Source: an uncultured Nitrospinaceae bacterium
Lineage (GTDB): Bacteria > UBA8248
Assembly (NCBI GenBank): GCA_964005815.1
Contig: CAXFSR010000029.1
Location: 1-21,608 of the forward strand
Length of the DNA: 21,608 nucleotides
Direction of reading: 5' to 3'
In this document: piece by piece, positions 16,911 through 21,608 of the stretch
How the letters are laid out: every line of letters begins with the position of its first letter
Position numbering within the stretch: the first letter of the stretch is position 1
Position numbers and translations under genes: made by a program
Notes under the pieces: generated by a model
Told to the model about the DNA's origin: nothing
Database searches by the model: none
The model's input: only the letters and a program-made list of their open reading frames with translations

Positions 16911-17789
16911 TTGCTTGATTTTATTCATCCAAATTTGCTTGCCTTGATTGCCGCTACGAATGTGGCAATTTCACGTATTCTTTATCGAAACGCAATTAGG
17001 AAATTAAGTGCTTTCCATATAACATTTATTTGGTGTCTGGTTGCAGCAGTCACTTCCATTTCCTTTTATCTTGTAGACAAAAAAATAGATGTGTGGCCTA
17101 TGGAAGCAATTCTGTGGTTTATGTTGGTAGGTGTCATAGGCGGGTTTGTTGCGCGGTATGTTTTGATTACGTCTATAGAATATGTTGGGCTAGCGAGAAC
17201 TTCTGTGCTGAATCAGACCAGTTTGGTTTGGTCTTCTGCATTTGGGGTTTTTATTTTTTTAGAAAATATGAACGTCTGGCTTTTTTGTGGCACGTTGTCG
17301 ATTATGTTTGGTTCGATTCTTCTCGTGTATGATCCAAAAGGAAAGATGAAGGTAGTTTCCAAGTATGTTTATCTCATTCCAATCGGAAATTCATTTATTA
17401 TCGCCATATCTCATATTTTGAGAAAATTTGGAATGATACTTTTGCCCTCAGGTTCTTTTGGGGTTGCTGTTGCAAGCGTGACCGCATTAGTTTGTATGAT
17501 AATTGTTTTGCCTTTTTCGAAGGGATTGAATATTAAATCCCTCGATAGAAGATCGATTGTTCTGGTTGTTATTGGATCTTTTTTTAATTCCGTTTCGGCT
17601 ATTTTGTTTTGGACCGCAGTAATGAACGGAAGGTTGGTGGAGGTAGTTCCTGTAAATAGACTTTCTGTTCTTTTGATTATATTTTTCTCCTGGCTCTTCT
17701 TTAGGAAACAAGAACTGGTTAGTTTGAGAGTAGTTATGGGAGGATTGATGTCTGTTGCAGGAGCTCTTCTAGTAGTGCTTGGAAAATAA
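16911..17789 (+). CDS. DMT/EamA-family transporter (copy 1)
   Basis: 292 aa, about 10 TM segments in two repeats, each ending in a 'F..E' motif ('FIFLE', 'FFRKQE'). TTG start. Confidence 0.85.
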   Translation: MLDFIHPNLLALIAATNVAISRILYRNAIRKLSAFHITFIWCLVAAVTSISFYLVDKKIDVWPMEAILWFMLVGVIGGFVARYVLITSIEYVGLARTSVLNQTSLVWSSAFGVFIFLENMNVWLFCGTLSIMFGSILLVYDPKGKMKVVSKYVYLIPIGNSFIIAISHILRKFGMILLPSGSFGVAVASVTALVCMIIVLPFSKGLNIKSLDRRSIVLVVIGSFFNSVSAILFWTAVMNGRLVEVVPVNRLSVLLIIFFSWLFFRKQELVSLRVVMGGLMSVAGALLVVLGK

Positions 17790-17800
17790 TCCAAAGGAGT

Positions 17801-18685
17801 TTGAGTATCGAATTTCTAGATCCCAGATTATCTGCTCTTATAGCGGCTGTTTTTATTTCTTTCGCAAGACTTCTATATAAGGCTGCTCTGCAATATATAG
17901 GAGTAGGAATATCTACTGTCATTATGAGTTTGGTGTCAGTGGTAGTGGGATATATTTTCTTAAAGATCGAAGGAAAAGTAGATTCTTTTCCATTGTATGC
18001 ATGCCTGTTATTTGTAGGTGTGGGAATGAGCGCAAATCTTGCAGGTCGTTATTTTAGCCTTGTTTCTATTAATTTAGTCGGATTATCGAGAACCTCTATT
18101 TTAATGCAGACCAGTTTAGTTTGGTCTGCTGCCTTTGCGGTATTATTTTTAAATGAAGAAGTCAATTTCTATGTTTTCTGCGGAACTATGGCAGTTATGT
18201 TTGGTTCAATTTTACTTGTGTACGAAAAGGATTCGAATTACTCCAAAGTTCCTTTTACGCATTTTCTAGTTCCAGTCATCACGGCGGTTACGTTTGCCTT
18301 AGCACATTTGCTTGGGAAATTAGGTCTTGCGATTGTCGATTCTGCACCTTTTGCGCAGACTGTGTCTAATGCAACCTCTTTTGTGGCAATGTTTATGATA
18401 TTTATCTGTTCGAAAGAATTTAAGGTGGGCGGCTGGAAGAAGATGCATCCTATTATTATGGTAAGCGTTGGAGCTTTATTTAATGCGATGGCGGCATTTT
18501 TTTTCTGGACTGCACTGCGGACCGGAGATATTGTGCAGGTTTTACCGATTAACAGATTAAACGTTCTGATGATAATATTTCTTTCCTGGATTTTTTTTCG
18601 AAAACAGGAAAGTATTACGAAGCAGGTTGTAATTGGAGGCGTGATGGCAGTTGTGGGTGCTTTTTTCGTAGCTCTTGGTAAATAA
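17801..18685 (+). CDS. DMT/EamA-family transporter (copy 2, paralog of the upstream gene)
   Basis: 294 aa, about 10 TMs. It shares GL.RTS.L.QTSLVWS, FCGT...MFGSILLVY, NRL.VL.IIF.SW.FFRKQE and terminal LGK with copy 1. TTG start with AAGGAG SD. Confidence 0.87.
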   Translation: MSIEFLDPRLSALIAAVFISFARLLYKAALQYIGVGISTVIMSLVSVVVGYIFLKIEGKVDSFPLYACLLFVGVGMSANLAGRYFSLVSINLVGLSRTSILMQTSLVWSAAFAVLFLNEEVNFYVFCGTMAVMFGSILLVYEKDSNYSKVPFTHFLVPVITAVTFALAHLLGKLGLAIVDSAPFAQTVSNATSFVAMFMIFICSKEFKVGGWKKMHPIIMVSVGALFNAMAAFFFWTALRTGDIVQVLPINRLNVLMIIFLSWIFFRKQESITKQVVIGGVMAVVGAFFVALGK

Positions 18686-18701
18686 CTTTTAGGAGACAGA
18701 T

Positions 18702-19652
18702 GTGGACGCGAAAGTGCAAGAATGTGTAGACGGAATTTTGTCTGGAAACATACGTCTTGCTGCAAGGGCAATTACGATGATTGAGAGTAGAGATCCGATT
18801 GCGAAGAAAATTGTAGAGGGAGTTTTCCCTCATGGTGGAAAAGTCCCCGTGATTGGAATTACAGGACCGCCAGGTGTGGGGAAGAGTACCTTAGTCAATA
18901 GCATGGTTTCATTGTGTAGAGAGAAAAAACAGAGAATAGGAGTTTTGGCGGTGGATCCTAGCAGTCCCTTTACTGGAGGGGCAATCTTGGGTGATAGAGT
19001 AAGGATGTCTTCTCATTTCACAGACGAAAATGTTTTTATTCGATCAATGGCTTCAAGGAATAGTCTGGGTGGTTTGGCTTACGCAACTAGAAGCGCTTTA
19101 TATGTAATGGAAGCGATGCCTTTAGATATTATTTTTGTAGAGACGATAGGGGTAGGGCAAGGAGAAGTAGACATTATGAAAACTGCCGATATCGTCATTT
19201 TAGTGCAGGAGCCAGGTGCAGGGGACGATATACAAGCTGTGAAAGCAGGGATTCTAGAAATTGGGGATATCTTTGTGGTTAATAAAGCAGATAGGGACGG
19301 TGCAGAAAAGACGGTCAGTGAACTAAAGGAAATGATAGATTTTCACTACGAAGAAAAAGATCTGGTATGGGTGCCCCCGATATTGAAAGCAGAAGCACTA
19401 AGGGAAGTGGGGATAAAAGAATTATTAGAAGAAATTCATAAATATCAATTATTTATGGAGAATAATATAGAAATTAAGTTAAGTATAGAAAAGAGGAAAA
19501 TTCAGAGTATTCTTTTGGAAATATGCAAAGAGATTGCTGCTGAAAAACTATTTGAAAATATAGAAACTCAATTTGATGAAAATGTTATTAATTTAATTCT
19601 AGATAGAAAAAAAGACCCCTATTCCATTAGTTCAGATGTGATGAACTTGTGA
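18702..19652 (+). CDS. meaB: MeaB/ArgK G3E-family GTPase (chaperone of B12-dependent acyl-CoA mutases)
   Basis: Walker A GPPGVGKST, VDPSSPFTGGAILGDRVRM, FIRSMASR..LGGL, ETIGVGQ.E, GDDIQ..KAGILEI.D and NKAD. GTG start with AGGAG SD. Confidence 0.95.
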   Translation: MDAKVQECVDGILSGNIRLAARAITMIESRDPIAKKIVEGVFPHGGKVPVIGITGPPGVGKSTLVNSMVSLCREKKQRIGVLAVDPSSPFTGGAILGDRVRMSSHFTDENVFIRSMASRNSLGGLAYATRSALYVMEAMPLDIIFVETIGVGQGEVDIMKTADIVILVQEPGAGDDIQAVKAGILEIGDIFVVNKADRDGAEKTVSELKEMIDFHYEEKDLVWVPPILKAEALREVGIKELLEEIHKYQLFMENNIEIKLSIEKRKIQSILLEICKEIAAEKLFENIETQFDENVINLILDRKKDPYSISSDVMNL

Positions 19653-19669
19653 ATCAGATTTGCCAAGGA

Positions 19670-19699
19670 TTGTTCGAGTAGTTTCAGTTAAGGTATAAT
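19670..19699 (+). promoter_or_regulatory. Candidate sigma70 promoter for the last gene
   Basis: TTGTTC (19670-19675), 18-bp spacer, and a perfect TATAAT (19694-19699), 30 nt before the ATG. Confidence 0.5.
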
Positions 19700-19729
19700 A
19701 AATACAAAATATCATTTACCGGGGGGGTA

Positions 19730-21574
19730 ATGCGTTTTTTAAGGCCTTTTTTCGTTTTTATTTCTTTTATCTTCTTTTTCTCTTCCTTTGTGCAGGCTGC
19801 AATAACGCCGGTTTCGCTTAAGAATTCAAAAATCCTCAAATATCAAAATGAAGCAGGAAAAGAAATACTTTTTAAAGTTCTCAAGAGATCTGGTTTTACA
19901 ACTATCTACGAGACCAATTTGGAAGCTTTTGGAGATGAGTACGAACTTGTAGGAGGAATTGCTTCTTCAGGGGGTAGACCTTTCAATCCTAGGCATGGGG
20001 GTCTTTCCAATACTATCGATGAGGACAATCGCTCTAAAATCAAGAATTTTTTGTCGAAATCTACTGGTCATCAAGTAAAATATACAGTTTTAGAAGAATG
20101 GAATAATAATTACACTTCGGAATGGACTCTTGTTTCAAAGATTATTTCTAAACGTAAACAATCTATTCTAGGAAAGGTATGGACGTTAGTTGAGGTTTCA
20201 ACAAAAGGAGAGTGTACCAATGCGGATAGTTCAAGCTCTTGGGCAGAAGATGGAGCAAAATTTTCAGAAAAACGTTTGATAGATGCATCTACAGGAATCA
20301 CTCTCACATTTTCTAGAACATGGAAGGATCCTCCTAGATATGGATATGAAGATAATTCTACTCAAATTCTTAAATTAAAATCATTTGTTGCTGCTTTGTC
20401 TCAAAACAAAAAATGGGAAGCAAAAAGAAAAGAAGAACTGAAAAGGAAAGCGGAACTAGCCAGAAAGAAAAAAGCAGCGGAACTAGCCAGAAAGAAAAAA
20501 GCAGCGGAACTAGCCAGAAAGAAAAAAGCAGCGGAACTGGCCAGAAAGAAAAGAAAAGCAGCCGAACTGGCTAGGAAAAAAGAGATGGCTAGAAAGAAAT
20601 TATTAGCAAAACGTAAAAAAGATTTGGAAATGAAAATATTTCCACTTCTATCTTCTAAGGCAAATATATTGTCAGAAGATTTGAAGATTTTCCTTAAAAA
20701 GAATCCTGAAACTCCTTATTTGATTGATATTGCTACTCTCATAGGAAAAGTGAAAGAATCTCAAAAGAAGAAACAAGTTGTGCGTTTGAAAAAGAGATTA
20801 GATTCTTTGAGAAGATTACTTGTCAAGGTGAAAGGATTTTCTGCTTTTGAGTCCAGTAGAATAAAACAAAGAAAAATGGAAGCAATGAAGTTGTTGGAAA
20901 AAAAAGTAACTTTAGCAAAGGCATTAAGGAAATTTTTGAAAATGTATGTTTCAAAATATATGCTCGAAGAAGTAGAAACAGTCCAGAAAATTATTCCGAT
21001 TATGAAGAGATTAGACAATTCTCTAAAGGCACCCAATGAGAAAGATTTAGATAGCCTAATTGCCATCATACAAAAAAATATTCGAACTCATCCTTCTATG
21101 ACAAAGTTTCTAGTAGAATTGAGAAAGAAAGAACAATTAGAAAGAAAACGTAAGGCAGAAGAACAGAAAAGAAAAGAACTAGAAAGAAAACGTAAAGCGG
21201 AAGAGCAGAAGAGACAAGAATTAGAAAAAAAACGTAAAGCGGAAGAGCAGAAGAGACAAGAACTGGAAAGAAAACGTAAGGCAGAAGAGCAGAAGAGGCA
21301 AGAACTAGAAAGAAAAGATAATGAAAAAGAAAGAACAGATTTTGAAAATAAAATCAAAAAGATGAACGATATGGAATTAAGTGAGATAGTGCAAAAAAAA
21401 GTAAAAGAAAAGAACTTTAAGGAAGCAAGGCGATATGCAAGCTATATTAAGGATGCCGCAATCCGCGAACTACTTTTAAATATTATAAAAAAATCAGATC
21501 AAAACAGTTCGAATGAAAATCAGACAGAGATAAAGAAACCCCAAAAGGAACTATCGCCCGTGCCTGATTTGTAA
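19730..21574 (+). CDS. Hypothetical exported, Lys-rich protein with two tandem-repeat charged helical segments
   Basis: 614-aa ORF with an N-terminal signal peptide (MRFLR, Phe-rich core, VQA-A) and a roughly 200-aa globular-looking region. It carries (AELARKKKA)n and (ELERKRKAEEQKRQ)n repeats separated by an amphipathic helical region. Confidence 0.85.
   Translation: MRFLRPFFVFISFIFFFSSFVQAAITPVSLKNSKILKYQNEAGKEILFKVLKRSGFTTIYETNLEAFGDEYELVGGIASSGGRPFNPRHGGLSNTIDEDNRSKIKNFLSKSTGHQVKYTVLEEWNNNYTSEWTLVSKIISKRKQSILGKVWTLVEVSTKGECTNADSSSSWAEDGAKFSEKRLIDASTGITLTFSRTWKDPPRYGYEDNSTQILKLKSFVAALSQNKKWEAKRKEELKRKAELARKKKAAELARKKKAAELARKKKAAELARKKRKAAELARKKEMARKKLLAKRKKDLEMKIFPLLSSKANILSEDLKIFLKKNPETPYLIDIATLIGKVKESQKKKQVVRLKKRLDSLRRLLVKVKGFSAFESSRIKQRKMEAMKLLEKKVTLAKALRKFLKMYVSKYMLEEVETVQKIIPIMKRLDNSLKAPNEKDLDSLIAIIQKNIRTHPSMTKFLVELRKKEQLERKRKAEEQKRKELERKRKAEEQKRQELEKKRKAEEQKRQELERKRKAEEQKRQELERKDNEKERTDFENKIKKMNDMELSEIVQKKVKEKNFKEARRYASYIKDAAIRELLLNIIKKSDQNSSNENQTEIKKPQKELSPVPDL
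20450..20599 (+). repeat. In-frame 27-bp tandem repeat encoding AELARKKKA
   Basis: Three identical copies of gcggaactagccagaaagaaaaaagca (20450-20530), a 30-bp variant (20531-20560), then degenerate copies to about 20599. Confidence 0.95.
21134..21316 (+). repeat. In-frame 42-bp tandem repeat encoding ELERKRKAEEQKRQ
   Basis: Four near-identical 42-bp units start at 21134, 21176, 21218 and 21260, plus a partial fifth (21302-21316). Differences are mostly synonymous. Confidence 0.95.
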
Positions 21575-21608
21575 AGCATCGAGAAAAAAAGGATTTCATC
21601 TTGCAGTC

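Noticed and set aside
20450..21316. Repeat arrays as a possible CRISPR
   Set aside because: The units are head-to-tail with no unique spacers, are multiples of 3 nt within a long ORF, and there are no cas genes.
21088..21357. Antisense ORF with periodic Cys/Ser/Leu/Phe pattern
   Set aside because: It is simply the reverse complement of the 42-bp coding repeat.
19730..21574. Calling the last gene tolA or tonB
   Set aside because: The similarity is only low-complexity K/A/E/R composition. It has a cleavable-looking signal peptide, no recognisable C-domain and no tolQR/exbBD context.

Overview
Gene-dense, AT-rich bacterial chromosomal window with 22 supportable CDSs. I see no rRNA, tRNA, CRISPR array or mobile element. 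From left to right: the 3' part of a TRAP 4TM/12TM transporter (+). Then a leftward run of a VOC/extradiol-dioxygenase-like gene, CLC antiporter, Gfo/Idh/MocA oxidoreductase, PlsC-type acyltransferase and SDR. Then a divergent beta-hydroxyacid dehydrogenase (+) and a leftward pyrD-pyrK-small ORF cassette. Then a long rightward run: ccsA/hemX-like, hemA, hemC, hemD, hemB, thiolase, crotonase, YcgN-like, two paralogous DMT transporters and meaB. Last is a secreted, very basic protein with two tandem-repeat helical blocks. Most content is housekeeping or metabolic, and I cannot support a large new multi-gene system. The best leads are four. (1) A near-consensus sigma70 promoter for pyrD-pyrK whose predicted transcript starts AG-T8-G, like the UTP-sensing reiterative-transcription promoters of E. 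coli. (2) The archaeal-looking, motif-divergent pyrD-pyrK pair with an unknown 82-aa partner. (3) A single-domain VOC protein keeping all six extradiol dioxygenase active-site residues. (4) The orphan repeat protein with a poly-G/hairpin ribosome-binding region. All family calls come from reading motifs by eye; no database search was run.
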